Of a stretch of DNA of 64,000 bases, positions 12,722 to 25,975 are shown one piece after another. Numbering within the stretch: the first letter of the stretch is position 1; every line of letters begins with the position of its first letter. Made by a program: the position numbers and the translations under genes. The notes beneath the pieces are model-generated. The model worked only from the letters and a program-made list of their open reading frames with translations. It was not told the DNA's origin and made no database searches. The DNA is from Octopus vulgaris (Eukaryota). The DNA is taken from the NCBI GenBank assembly GCA_951406725.2, contig OX597817.1, forward strand, positions 171,430,001-171,494,000, read 5' to 3'.

Positions 12722-12893
12722 TGAGAGAGAGAGAGAAAGAGTGTGCCACTTACACATACAGAAGAACACACGGATTCACTCACACACTCACTCTCTCTCT
12801 CTCTCTCTCTCACGCGCACACACATACATACATATACACGTACATGCAAAGAAGATTGTAAATCTGATCAATGTAATATGTTTAATTTTCCAG

Positions 12894-13001
12894 ACATGTA
12901 TGTCCGTGACCTGGAATCCAAAATCACATCAGGGACGGCAGAACCTGAAATTGTAAATGAAACTCCAGCAACGGCATTGGTTGAAGGAAACAATATTCTT
13001 G
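12894..13001 (+). CDS. Ldh_2-family oxidoreductase exon
   Basis: Acceptor ttttccag|, (D)MYVRDLESKITSGTAEPEIVNETPATALVEGNNIL(G), donor |GTTGGT; 108 nt, phase 1-1. Confidence 0.9.
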
Positions 13002-13227
13002 GTTGGTTTTACTTATTTTTCATTTTTTTTTTTGTGTGTTTCCGTCTGGTAATTTGGGAAAGCCATTGCTACTACTACTACTACTACTGTCATTCATCAT
13101 CATCAACATCATCATCATCATCACTATCGTCGTCATTCACTATCAGCCGCATCCCTATATCACATCTAACACATGTATTACACCCTCGCTGTTATCAAGA
13201 CAATGAACACTGTCGTTGGTACCGTCA

Positions 13228-13925
13228 TCATCATTAGCATCATTGTCATCATTATCAATCATTATCATCACCACCACCATCGTCATCATCATCATCATCA
13301 TCATCACCACCACCACCACCACCACCACCACCACCATCATCATCATAATCATCACCACAACCACCACCACCACCATCACCACCACCATCATCATCACCAC
13401 AACCCCCACCACCATCACCACCACCATCATCATCATCATCATCATCACCACCACCACTATCATCACCACCACCACCATCATCATCACCACAACCCCCACC
13501 ACTATCACCACCACCATCATCATCATAATCATCACCACAACCACCACCATCATCATCACCACAACCCCCACCACTATCACCACCACCATCATCATCATAA
13601 TCATCACCACAACCACCACCACCACCACCACCACCACCATCACCACAACCCCCACCATTATCACCACCACCATTATCACCACCACCATCATCACCACCAC
13701 CATCATCACCATCAACACCACCACCACCACCACCACCACCACCACCATTGTCATCATCATTATCACTGCTGTCATCATCTTTAGCAGCATCAGTTTATCT
13801 CTTCAACACTATAAAACAGTAAGCAATAACACTGTTGCCACCACCATCACCACTGCCACCACCACTATCATTGTCATTGTCATCATCGTTGTTGTCGTCA
13901 TCATCCTCACCATCATCGTCACCAT
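13228..13925. repeat. Compound (CAC/CAT)n trinucleotide array
   Basis: ~700 bp with recurring sub-units such as CACAACCCCCACCACTATCACC; intronic. Confidence 0.95.
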
Positions 13926-14464
13926 CAGTTTTATGTCTATGATGGGGCACCACTTTGAAGTTGAACAAATTGTCCTTGCACTTTCTTTTTTCTTAAGTCT
14001 CACATTTAATCTATGGAAACTGAACTGCTAAGTTATAAGGGCATAAACAAACCAATACTGGTTGTCAAGTGGTGAAGGCAACAAACACTAAGTTACACAT
14101 ACATACATGCATACATACTCACATACATATGCACACACACATACATACATAGCTTCCACACAGATTCTGTCTCCTAAATTCACTCACCCTGAGGTTATGA
14201 TAGAGGATACTTGCCCAAGGTGCTACATAGTGGGACTGAACTCAAAACCATGTGGCTGCAAAACAAGCTTCTTGACCCCTCAACCACACCTGAGCCAATC
14301 CAAACAAAAACAAAACACGGTGCTTTTGATAAAATAATTGAAATTGTTTATATAAGAAAAAGGTTTGTTTTTTAAAAATAAATTATTATAAATAATTTTG
14401 ATAATTCTTTACTAATTTTGTTTTGTTTGTATATAAATTCTGGCATTAAAATCTTTGTTGGCAG

Positions 14465-14545
14465 GTCCTGTGGTTGGAAAATTTTGCATTGATTTGGCTA
14501 TTAAAAAGGCGAAAGAAGTTGGTGTCGGTTGGGTTTGTGCTTCAG
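14465..14545 (+). CDS. Ldh_2-family oxidoreductase exon
   Basis: gcag|(G)PVVGKFCIDLAIKKAKEVGVGWVCAS(G)|GTAAT; 81 nt, phase 1-1; matches the Ldh_2 'AIxKAKxxGxGxV' helix. Confidence 0.93.
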
Positions 14546-15376
14546 GTAATAATGTTTTAGCTTTGTTTTATCTTGTTTTTTTCTTATAACCCTGCTTCCA
14601 AATAATTTTCGAATATTTATCAATTTATAGTGGTTACATCGACCTCACCGCTCAACTGGTACTTATTTTATCGATCCTGAAAGGATTAAAGACTAAACTG
14701 ACCTGAGCGCAATTTGAACTCAGAACACAAGGAGGGATGAAATGCTACTAAGCATTTCGTCTGGAATGCTAACGATTCTGCCAGCTCACTATCTTGCCTT
14801 ATGCCTATATTAGAAAGAATAATTATGTGTGAACTTATGTGTAGAGTTCTGTGTTTTACCAATTAAATAAGTTTTGGTTTTTATCGAAAATAGTCTTTTT
14901 ATGTCAAAAAGAAACTTGATATGAGTTCAAATATGTTTGATAGATATTTGAACAAATTAAAAGCTTTTAATTGCAGTTTGTCATGAAGAAAAAAAAATTC
15001 TCTCTTGAAACCAGAAAGCATAAAACATTATTGCAGACTGTTATATTTTTCTCCATTATGAACTGCAGTGAAAGGTCTTGAATGGTTTCATATATCTCTC
15101 AAATATATTTCAGCTAATATCAAGTTTGTTTACTCTCAGTCACTGCTTTGCACACAATCTCACAAATATTTTAAACATTTATTCATACATTAATTTGTGG
15201 CAGAAAAGAGAAAGGAGCCTATGGGATATAAACTACAGTTGCCTGACAAGCTATAGATTTTTAGTATATGTCTAGTCAATTGGCCCCATTTTCCTCAAGG
15301 TCAAGTTTTGCATTTATGATATCTAATAACAAACAAATCTTGGATTCATTTTACCAACCAGAAGCAAAATCAGCAT

Positions 15377-15791
15377 TTACTCTTTACTCTTTACTCTTTT
15401 ACTTGTTTCAGTCATTTGACTGCGGCCATGCTGGAGCACCGCCTTTAGTCGAGCAACTCGACCCCGGGACTTATTCTTTTTTTGTAAGCCCAGTACTTAT
15501 TCTATCGGTCACTTTTGCCGAACCGCTAAGTGACGGGGACGTAAACACACCAGTATCGGTTGTCAAGCAATGCTAGGGGGACAAACACAGACACACAAAC
15601 AAACACACATACATATATATATATAAATATATACGACAGGCTTCTTTCAGTTTCCGTCTACCAAATCCACTCACAAGGCTTTGGTCGGCCCGAGGCTATA
15701 GCAGAAGACACTTGCCCAAGATGCCACGCAGTGGGACTGAACCCGGAACCATGTGGTTGGTTAGCAAGCTACTTACCACACAGCCACTCCT
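15377..15791 (-). mobile_element. SINE family A, near full length and CpG-intact
   Basis: Matches the other family A copies. Confidence 0.85.
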
Positions 15792-17261
15792 GGTTCAGTA
15801 ATGTTTAGTATTTAATACCCTTCTAACCTTATTATTGTACTTAAAAAAAACAAAATCTTCAGATCTTTATGCTTTGATCAGCAATAATTCAAGACTAGCA
15901 AAAGTAAAAAAAATTCAATTAAAAGAAAATTATAAATTCCTTAACCCTAATCATCATCATTTAGTGTATGCTTTCCATGCTGGTATGGGTTAGACAGTTT
16001 GACTGGAAATGGTAAACTATGAAAGGTTCCAGTCTGATTTGGCATGGTTTGTATGGCTGGAAACCCTTCTTGACATTGACCACTCCAAGAGCGTAGTAGG
16101 TGCCTATTGCGTGTCACTGGCACAGGTTCCAGTCATATGTTGCCAGCATGAGCACTTTTACATGTTACTGGCACCATCTGCAACTACAATTTCACTTGGC
16201 TTGAAGACTCTTCTCAAACATAGCAAATCACCAAAGGTCTCAATCACTTGTCATTGTCTCCAAGAGACCCAACATTCGAAGATCATGCTTTACCACCTTG
16301 TTCCATATCTACCTGGGTCTACCTCATCCAAAAGTTCCCCCTCAGTTAGAGATCAGCCCTTCTTTACACAACTGTCATTGTCCATACACATTACATGACC
16401 ATAATAGTGCATTTTTTTATGCAAGTTGATGCAACTCAACATTCCGTTTTATGCAATTACTAACAAACTTAGACATATACACCTCTACACAATGAGTCTC
16501 CTCATATTTTCTGTCCACAGAGTTTCACTCACAAGCTGTTGATCAACCCCAGGTTACTGTGGAAGATGCTTTTCCAAGGTACTGTAGAGTGGGATCAAAT
16601 ACTCAAATCACCTGGCTGAAAAGCAAACTTGTTAACTACATGGCTTATGCTTGCACCAAAATATTTGCTGATGACCATATTTTTTGGCACTACCAGTATC
16701 ATCATCATCATCATTATCATCATAATCATTTTACTGTCCACTTTTCCATGTTTGTGTGGCTCTGATGGAATTTGTTGAGGCAAATTTTCTATGGCTAGAT
16801 GCCTTTCAAGGTCGGTAACCATTACCTGTTTCTAAGTAAGGTAATATTCCTCTGTGTTCAGAGACGTTTTTTGCAGAAGACTGGACATGAAGAAGGTTCA
16901 TTTATAATCCTCCCATGCTATCAATACAAGGAGACATTCATCCATGCATCCATCCATACATGAATGTATATAGGTTGGTAGATAGTCAGATACAACAAGT
17001 TTCTTTCAGGTCCCATCTACGATATCCATTTATAAGGTTTTAGTTGGCTCAGATCTATAATAGAAAATATTTGCCCATGTTGCTGTGTGAAAGGACTGAA
17101 CCCAGAATCAAGTGGTTGGGAAGTAAACTTCTTAACCACACAGCCACATCTGCACTTTTAATACTAACATGTGGTATTGAAATAATTGGGACATTTACAT
17201 AATTTCTCAGTAGTTTTGACTATTTTGTATACTATATTCAGTTTCTTTAATATTTTCTAAG

Positions 17262-17323
17262 GTTCCAATCATTTTGGAATTGCTGGCTGGTACTCAATGA
17301 GAGCATCAAATCAAGGATTACTG
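17262..17323 (+). CDS. Ldh_2-family oxidoreductase exon
   Basis: ttctaag|(G)SNHFGIAGWYSMRASNQGLL|GTAAGT; contains the conserved SNHFG motif; 62 nt, phase 1-0. Confidence 0.95.
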
Positions 17324-17384
17324 GTAAGTTTTCAAGACAGTAATGTTTGAAGTTGTATTAGATCTGTATCAGATATCTATTTAT

Positions 17385-17595
17385 CTATGTGCCCTTTTCA
17401 AGCCTGGCTAGGCTCATGGGCCCGGTTTCCCAGTTTCTATGGCATATGTGTTCCCCCCAGTTGGACGGGATGCCAGTCCATCACAGCGTTACTCAAGAAA
17501 CAGGAAGAAAGAGTGAGAGAAAGTTGGAGCGAAAGAGTACAACAGGGGTGGCCACCACTCCCTGCTGGAGCCTCGTGGTGCTTTTAGGTGTACTT
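17385..17595 (-). mobile_element. SINE-like element with Meta-domain-like core
   Basis: Minus strand GATGGACTGGCATCCCGTCCA..GGGGGG...ATAGAAACTGGGAAACCGGGCCCATGAGCC resembles the MetaSINE central domain (from memory; unverified). Confidence 0.4.
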
Positions 17596-17769
17596 TTTGC
17601 ATAATGTATATTAATATATATGTGTGTCTGTCTGCATGGCTGAAATGAATAAAAGAATAAGGTAAACTATAAACAGTAAAAACTGAATGAAATTAAGGTT
17701 TGTGTTACAACTGGTTGAAAATGTTGACTTACCTTACAATATTTTCTTCATATTCTGGTAAAACTTTAA

Positions 17770-17990
17770 ATAATAATAATAACAATAATAATAAACATTG
17801 TGTACAGTGCTCAGGTGCACTACAACTCATCTAAAGTGCATATATAATCAGGTGTAGTTTCGACGGATTTCGGAAAGCATGAGGGCCTTAAAGGATGCAG
17901 TGTCATGGCAGTCAACAACTGACGCAGGCAGTTTATTCCATGCTTCAGCAACTCTGAGCGTGAAGAAATGTTTCCGAAAGTCATGGGAGG
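17770..17990 (-). mobile_element. CR1-like LINE 3' end, 5'-truncated
   Basis: HDFRKHFFTLRVAEAWNKLPASVVDCHDTASFKALML, a CR1 ORF2 C-terminal pattern, plus a (TTA)n tail; near-identical copies at 21445-21605 and 61300-61735. Confidence 0.85.
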
Positions 17991-18315
17991 AATACAGAGA
18001 GATAAGACAGAGAGATAAGTAGAGTGAGTGATTTATAATGCTAATCAAGTAAATGGCTTTCTCTAGATGCAGTTTTGAGGGTGTCTTTGTGCAACTTTTT
18101 GTAGATTCACTTGAGGATGTATGACTATTATTTTTTCATGTGGATGACATCTATGAATAATTTCTTATTCCATAATTTATTCTCTAATTACCATAATATA
18201 TTTACAAAATTGCCCTGTATTTTATTATTATTATATATAGGAATAAAAAGGAATACTTTTGTTTTCTCTGTATAACATCACTTTTGTCTATCTCCTTTCT
18301 TTTTTTTCCTTATAG

Positions 18316-18369
18316 GGAATGGCATTTACAAACACTTCTCCTCTTTTGGTACCAACACGAGCCAAAAAG
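18316..18369 (+). CDS. Ldh_2-family oxidoreductase exon
   Basis: ccttatag|GMAFTNTSPLLVPTRAKK|GTAGGT; 54 nt, phase 0-0. Confidence 0.93.
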
Positions 18370-18638
18370 GTAGGTATATGTGTTTGTGTATTGATATTAT
18401 TGGTATTTGGACTGATCCTTTTGGATTGGAAAAGATGATACTGACTTGACATCCAGAGAAGAATAAGAAAAAAAAGACACGATGCAGGGGTGATTGTGTG
18501 CTAAGAAGTTTGCTTTCTAACAACATAGTTCAAGGTTCAGTCCCACAGCATGGCACCTTGGGCAAGCATCTTCTGCTCTAGCCTCAGGCCAACCAAAGCC
18601 TTGAGTAGATTTGGTAGACAGAAACAGAAAGAAGCCAG

Positions 18639-18678
<40 letters not shown>

Positions 18679-19537
18679 TGGCAGTGGTGGATTATGTCAG
18701 GGTGGGCCAGGGATGGTTGTACAGTCTGAAGGATGAGAGGAGGACAGATGAGCTTTGAGGATCAGATGCCATCATAGTAACACCAGAGGTGGAAGAAAGA
18801 GAGAGAGAGAGAGAGGAATCATCATCATCATCATCATTGTTGTTTAACGTCTGCTTTCCATGCTGGCATGGGTTGGACGATTTAACTGAAGACTGGCGAA
18901 CCAGATGGCTGCACCATGCTCCAGTCTGATCTGGCAGAGTTTCTACAGCTGGATGCCCTTCCTAATGCCAACCACTTCGAGAGTGTAGTGGGTGCTTTTA
19001 CGTGCCACTGACATGAGGGCCAATCAGGTGGTACTGGCAACGGCTATGCTCAAATGGTGTTTTTTACGTACCACCTGCAAAGGAGCCAGTCCAATGTTTT
19101 TTCATGTGCCACCGGCACAGGTGCCAGTAAGGCGACGCTGGTAATGATCACACTTGAATGGTGCTTTTTATGTGCCACTGGCATGGAAGCCAGTAAGCTG
19201 CTCTGGCAACGATCACGCTCGGATGGTGCTCTTATAGACAGAGAGAGAGAGAAATAGGTAGGTTGACAGAGAGATAAGTAGAGTGAGTGATTTATAATGC
19301 TAATCAAGTAAATGGTTTTCTCTAGATGCAGTTTTGAGGGTGTCTTTGTGCAACTTTTTGTAGATTCACTTGAGGATGTCTGTGTGTTAACACAAATAAG
19401 ACTATCATTTTTTCATGTGGATGACATCTATGAATAATTTCTTATTCCATAATTTATTCTCTAATTACCATAATATATTTACAAAATTGCCCTGTATTTT
19501 ATTATTATTATATATATTTTTTAAAAATATTTTTCAG

Positions 19538-19636
19538 GCTGCTTTGGGAACTAATCCCATTAGTGTTGCTGCCCCGGCACAAAAAGACGACAGTTTTGTT
19601 CTGGATATGGCTACAACCACTGTAGCTTTGGGCAAG
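19538..19636 (+). CDS. Ldh_2-family oxidoreductase exon
   Basis: ttttcag|AALGTNPISVAAPAQKDDSFVLDMATTTVALGK|GTGAGT; GTNP and LDMAT motifs; 99 nt. Confidence 0.96.
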
Positions 19637-20620
19637 GTGAGTTCACACAGCAGCAGGTAAATCTAATATGGATGTTATTGTAACACTTACTATTATGGCC
19701 ACCACTGCAACAACTTTAATAGTGGAAGATTGGAGATGAAGAACACCACTTGTATGACAGTAACACACACATACACATATGTGTTTACATATATATATAT
19801 ATATATATAAATATATACGTAATTTGGATAAAATCATCATTTAATGATTTATCAGTGGCTAACATACTAAAAGTACCATAATGGTTAATTCATATTAAAA
19901 TTATAATAAGGATACGTGAAAAAACATTTGAGTGAGGTCATTGCCAGTGCCGCTGGACTGGCTCCTGTGCAGGTGGCACATAAAAAGCACCATTTGAGCA
20001 TGGCACGTAAAAGCACCCACTACACTCTTGGAGTGGTTGGCATTAGGAAGGGCATCCAGCTGTAGAAACTCTGCCAGATCAGATTGGAGCGTGGTGCAGC
20101 CATCTGGTTTGCCAGACCTCAGTCAAATCGTCCAACCCATGCTAGCATGGAAAGCGGACGTTAAACGATGATGATGATGATGATGTTGAATGATTACAAC
20201 ACCAGTCTGCTGGAAATACATCCAAAATTGTCTATGAACCGCTTAGATTATTACTCCAGCACACAAGGTTGTAAGCAAGGAAAATAGACAGCGAGGATTT
20301 ATAAAATAATTTGGATAATCCCAAATCTATAGATTTCATGGTTTGAGTTACTAAAAACCCTTTCTCATCATCAGTGGCAACATACCAAACATAAATAAAT
20401 GAAAAACTCATTATATCTACTGCAATTAAGTGCAAATAATGTACATACATTTTGCACATATTCACCAATTAAAATCCAAGTGCCTATTTTAACTACGTGC
20501 TTGTTTACTCAGAATAGTTCTGCAGTAAATATGTTATAGGAGTGAATTAATATATATTTTTATACGTAACTGGGACAAAATCATTATTTAATGATTTATC
20601 AGTGGCCAGCATATATATAT

Positions 20621-21085
20621 CATCATCATCATCATCACCGTTTAACGTCCGTTCTCCATGCTAGCATGGGTTGGACGGTTCAACCGGGGATCTGGGAAGC
20701 CAGAAGGCTGCACCAGGCTCCGGTCTTATCTGGCAATGTTTCTACAGCTGGATGCCCTTCCTAACGCCAACCACTCCATGAGTGTAGTGGGTGCTTTTTA
20801 CGTGCCACCTGCACAGGTGCCAGGTGAGGCTGGCAATGGCCACGGTCGGATTGGTGTATTTTATGTGCCACCGGCACGGAAGCCAGTCGAGGCGGTGCTG
20901 GCATCGGCCACGAGTCGGATAGTGCTTTTTACGTACCACCAGACCAGGGATCCTGGCTGGTTCAATTCGATTTCGCTTTCGCTTGCCCCAACATGTCTTC
21001 GCAAGCAAAGGGGGTTGGCATGGGTGCCTGTCGTCGGATGAGGTTCTATATCGACTTCGCTTGCCTCAACAGGTCTTTGTGTCCA
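20621..21085 (-). mobile_element. Repeat family C copy
   Basis: Near-identical to 5985-6450. Confidence 0.85.
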
Positions 21086-21330
21086 TAGACACACACACAC
21101 ACACACATACCCACATGCACACACACACGCGCATGCATAATGGACTTGTCTCAGCTTCCATTTGCCAAGTTGATTCAAAGGCTTTGGTCAGCTGGGGCTA
21201 CAAGAGATGTTTACCCATGGTACCACACAAAGTTAAGGGAGTTTGCTACCCAAAACAAAAACACATGCCTACATTCACATATATGAATTGCAATGGGAAA
21301 TAAATGCATTTTAAAATTTTTTCTTTTTAG

Positions 21331-21396
21331 GTTGAAATTAATCAGAGGAAAGATCTTTCCATTCCAGAAGGTTGGGGAGTTGATTCAAATGGCAAG
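21331..21396 (+). CDS. Ldh_2-family oxidoreductase exon
   Basis: tttttag|VEINQRKDLSIPEGWGVDSNGK|GTAAGC; IPxGWxxDxxG motif; 66 nt. Confidence 0.94.
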
Positions 21397-21444
21397 GTAA
21401 GCTGATCTGGTCCCTTATATTCTTGATATTTGAATATTTTAATA

Positions 21445-21605
21445 AATAATAATAATAATAATAATAATAATTGTGTACAGTGCTCAGGTGCACTACAACT
21501 CATCTAAAGTGTATATATAATCAGGTGTAGTTTCGGCGGATTTCGGAAAGCATGAGGGCCTTAAAGGATGCAGTGTCATGGCAGTCAACAACTGACGCAG
21601 GCAGT
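21445..21605 (-). mobile_element. CR1-like LINE 3' end
   Basis: Same sequence as 17770-17990, more truncated. Confidence 0.8.
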
Positions 21606-22589
21606 TTTGTATGCTTAAGTTCAGATATTTCAAATCCTCTGGTTACCCTATGAAATCTATATGTGCTATAGTCTGTATTGTAATCTGAACCTATCACAGC
21701 AGTCAATGTGCCCTAGGGCTAAGGTATTTTGGATGTCACAACCACCTTGGTCTGAGACTTCAGTTGAACATAGGATAAATTATGACTTTTGAAGTTCACT
21801 TCTTTTCCTCCTTCACCATATCCACTTGAAACTCTTGTCAGCTACTTCTCTTGTTGCTTTAAGACTCCTGGTCCTCTCTTTCACAAGATTAAGAGCCATT
21901 TATGAGATCATAGGAAGATTTATCTACAAATCCTCTTTCCCCTACCTCTATAGCAAGGACTTTGGGGGCCAAATTCTTTCAGTTTCATGGTTAAACTACC
22001 ATATTTCTCATTCTTGTAGATGTGGGCTTCCTTCTCAAATGAATATTCTTTATAATTTCAGTTTAGAATTTATTTTTATCTAACAATGAAACAGGAAAAG
22101 ATTTTAAAAAAAATAGTGAATTATGCTATTAATATTTCTAATTTCTTAATATTAGAAGCATAATTTCTTACATTATTCCAGTTAGAATGATATCTGTTTT
22201 TACCATTATTGATTGGGGTAAGTTGATTAATGCGCTTTGTCTAAAGACACTTGAAATCAAGTAGTCACTACTAATTTTTCTTTACATTTTGTTTGTATTA
22301 TGAGCAAAAATCTTCTATAGAAGAGGGAGTCCTTTCTTAATTTTTGCTTTGTAATCAAAATATTGCAAGTGGAACTTTTTTATTCATTCTGTTATTGTTA
22401 AAAATATATAAACCCATTAAAAATATAATGGAATAAATTCTGCTGTCAAGAGCTTTAGTTATTTAGTATCTCCATAAAGCTAAAGATCTGAGACCCTTTG
22501 CTATAGGACTCAATAGGATTTTGCTGTTTAACTGTGCTTTTTTAAAAAGTGAAATTATACCTTATGTTACTGTATTTGTATTTGACCAG

Positions 22590-22659
22590 GTTACCAAAAA
22601 CCCTGCTGATGTTTTAAATAACGGTGGACTATTACCATTAGGAGGTGTAGAAGAAACTG
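22590..22659 (+). CDS. Ldh_2-family oxidoreductase exon
   Basis: tgaccag|VTKNPADVLNNGGLLPLGGVEET(G)|GTATGC; LLPLGG motif; 70 nt, phase 0-1. Confidence 0.94.
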
Positions 22660-23474
22660 GTATGCATTATCTTATTCAGGTCTTTTTCAACACCTTAGTT
22701 ATTTTTGACTCTTATAACTTAGTCCACCAAACCGTAAATAGTTACCACAGAGTAGAAATGACTTGATGCAGGCAGTAAAGGGAGCCTCTCTACAGTCATT
22801 TGATCTGCTACAAACAGTAGCCAAATCTCCCAGAGATGAGAAACCTAGTGGCTCATGATCTTTCGGTCATTGATTCAATTCCAGGACCAGCTGGTATGTT
22901 ATGACCTTAGGCAAGCCACTTCATTTCATGTTACTTTGGGCTATTCGGGTATAAATGATTATTAGCCAGGTGCTGACGCATCTGTCTCTTCCTCTTGAAT
23001 GTTCTATTGAGTTAAGGTTGAGGTGGCCAGGAAGGTGTCTTTGTATGCTAGCACCCACACAGACACCTGCAACAATTAGTGACAGCATGCTACATGTAAC
23101 CAAAATCATACTTGCATAAGAATAATAATTGGTTGTACAGCAATGTACTGCACTGAACTCCCTCAAATAACATCTTATCATCATAAAAAACACAACAAAC
23201 AAAAACAAAAGACATATCAAATAATGTAGTCTTAGATACTCTAGTTGAATAAAAAAGAAAATAAAAGCGGATGGTCATGGCTGGAATACCTTTCATCACT
23301 AGTTTGCTTGATCAGAGTTAATATGTAGCTGGACAACAACACGTGCTAATGAGGGTGGATGTCGGTTTTCACTTCATTGACCCCCTAGAAATAAGGACCT
23401 AACTTCCCCCTATCACATGTTACTATCTAAAAAAAAAAAATGAAAAAAAAAAATGTCACCTTAGACACTCAACA

Positions 23475-23696
23475 TTGGCAGAAACGTTAGCACCCCGGGC
23501 GAAATGCGTAGCCGAATTTCGTCTGTCATTACATTCCGAGTTCAAATTCCGTCGAGGTCGACTTTGCCTTTCATCTTTACGGGGTCGATAAATTAAGTAC
23601 CAGTTACGCACTGGGGTCAATGTAATCGACTTAATCTCTTTGTTTGTCCTTGTTTGTCCCCTCTGTGTTTAGCCCCTTGTGGGTAGTAAAGAAATA
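23475..23696 (+). mobile_element. SINE family B
   Basis: TGGCAGAAACGTTAGC...GTTCAAATTCC...GTGGGTAGTAAAGAAATA. Confidence 0.8.
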
Positions 23697-25042
23697 TATA
23701 TGGGGAATTGATGTATAAACTTCAAAATCTAAATCCACAATAATTAAGAGCTCAAATTAGTTCAATTAACAACTGATAATTAAATCCCAGCATGTCGTTA
23801 GGACTGACTCGCATGCATATACATAATCAGCTGATTTGATTTTATAAGAGAAACATATTCAGAATAGAAGCAAAAAGCATAAATTCCACTGACGGTTCAT
23901 ACTTTAATTGTGCTTAAACAGTGAGAAACTATGCTTACCCAAATCCTTATAAGGTTCCTCATGGTTTGGCTAAAGACACCTTTTCGTTTCAGGTTTTTCA
24001 ACATTTCATTCTACTTTTTCTCTCTCTCTCTCGATCTACTAATTTTCTTTTTTCCCATCCTTGTCTGCCTGTCTTCTTTTACCACCACCACCACCACCAC
24101 TACCACCGCCGCCGCCGCCACCACCATTTAATGTCCGTTATCTATGCTGGCACACTGAAAGGCTGCACCAGACTCCGGTCTGATTTGGCATGGTTTCTCT
24201 GGATGGATGCCCTTCCTAACACCAACCATTTCGAGAGTATAATGGGTCCTTATACGTGCCACCAGCATGGATACCATTTGCATGACACCGGTATCTGCCA
24301 CGACTGTGATTTTGCTCAGCTTGATGGGTCTTCTTCTCAAGTACGACACAATGCCAAAGGTCTTGGTCATTGCCTCTGTGAGGCCCAATGCTTGAAAGGA
24401 ACTCAGCCACCTTGCCTCTGTGAGGCCTGCTCGAAAGGGTCAAATTTAAAAATATAATATTGGTTTCAAATTTTGGGTCAAGGCCAGTAGTTTGGATGGT
24501 GGGGTAAGTCGATTAAAATGACCCCAGTACTCAACTGGAACTTATTTTATTGACCCAGTAGAATTTGGACTTAGAACATTAAGACAGATGAAATGTTGCC
24601 AAGTATTTTGCCCAGTGTACTAATGATTCTGCCTTATTTAAAAATATGATATTGGTTTTAAATTTTGGCACAAGGCCAGCAATTTAGCGAGAGGGGTTAA
24701 AGTCAATTATATCAACTCCAGTGCTTGACTGGTACTTATTTTATTGCCCCTGGAAGGATGAAGGAATGAAAGGCAAAGTGGACCTTGGTGGAATTTGAAC
24801 TCTGAATGTAAAGACAGACAAAATGTCACTAAGCACTTCGCCAATTGTACTAATGATTCTGCCGGCTAACCAGCTTATTTAAAAATATAGTGTTAACCCA
24901 TTGCACAGTTTAACACTTCCACATTAGATATCTTTAAAGCAAACACTTGGACTAGGTCTCTTGACCCAATAACTTACTCATTCCGTCTGACTAATCACAG
25001 GGGCCCTGTAAAGGGTAATGAGCAGTGCCTTCCCTTATTCAT

Positions 25043-25387
25043 TTTATTCTTTTACTTGTTTCAGTCATGTGACTGTGGCCATGCTGGAGCACCACCTTTA
25101 GTCGAGCAAATCGACCCCAGGACTTATTCTTTGTAAGCCTAGTACTTATCGGTTGTCAAGCGATGTTGGGGGGGAGACAAAAACAGATACACATACACAC
25201 ACACACATATATATGCATATATACGATGGGCTTCTTTCAGTCTCCGTCTACCAAATCCACTCACAAGGCTTTGGTCGGCCCGAGGCTATAGTAGAAGACA
25301 CTTGCCCCAGATGCCACGCAATGGGACTGAACCTGGAACCATGTGGTTGGTAAGAAAGCTACTTACCACATAGCCACTCCTACACCT
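25043..25387 (-). mobile_element. SINE family A (internal deletion)
   Basis: Matches the family A consensus at both ends. Confidence 0.8.
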
Positions 25388-25523
25388 TACGATTCTTATA
25401 AATATAAAGAAGGTATATAAAAAAGAGTAATTCATCTTATGTTTTATTGGTTCTCAGTCATTTTCAGGAAAAAATATTTTGTTGCTTATTTTATGTTGCT
25501 ATTTTATTTTGTAACTTATTCAG

Positions 25524-25642
25524 GTGGTTACAAAGGTTATGGCTTGGCATTAATGACTGAAATATTTTGCGGAGTCTTAGCTGGAGCAAATTCTGGAGCT
25601 AACATTCGATCATGGAAAAACACAACATCACCTGCAAACTTG
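25524..25642 (+). CDS. Ldh_2-family oxidoreductase exon
   Basis: attcag|(G)GYKGYGLALMTEIFCGVLAGANSGANIRSWKNTTSPANL|GTATGT; GYKGYGL motif; 119 nt, phase 1-0. Confidence 0.96.
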
Positions 25643-25975
25643 GTATGTAAAGTTTTTTTGTTTTCTAGACTTGTACTATTTATATTAGTAAATTTGTTTC
25701 TTCATCCACCTGAAACTACAACATAAAAACTTCCTGTTTTAAAATGATTTAAATGAAAATTTCCGATCAAAATCAAAATTTAATTTTAATTTATGTTTCA
25801 AACACCAGTTTAGTAGTGACAAAGTTATTTTCCTACATCATTCATTATTTACAAAACTAATTTAAACAATGGCAAGTTTGTTTCAACAGAGATATCCTAT
25901 TTTTATATTTAATCAGTCTTGCTGATGGAGTGGAAATTGATGATCATATATCAGCAAAATTTCAGATGATAGTTG

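Noticed and set aside
13155-14031. 200-270 aa poly-His, poly-Thr/Ile and poly-Val/Met ORFs
   Set aside because: Stop-free trinucleotide repeat inside an Ldh_2 intron, open on both strands.
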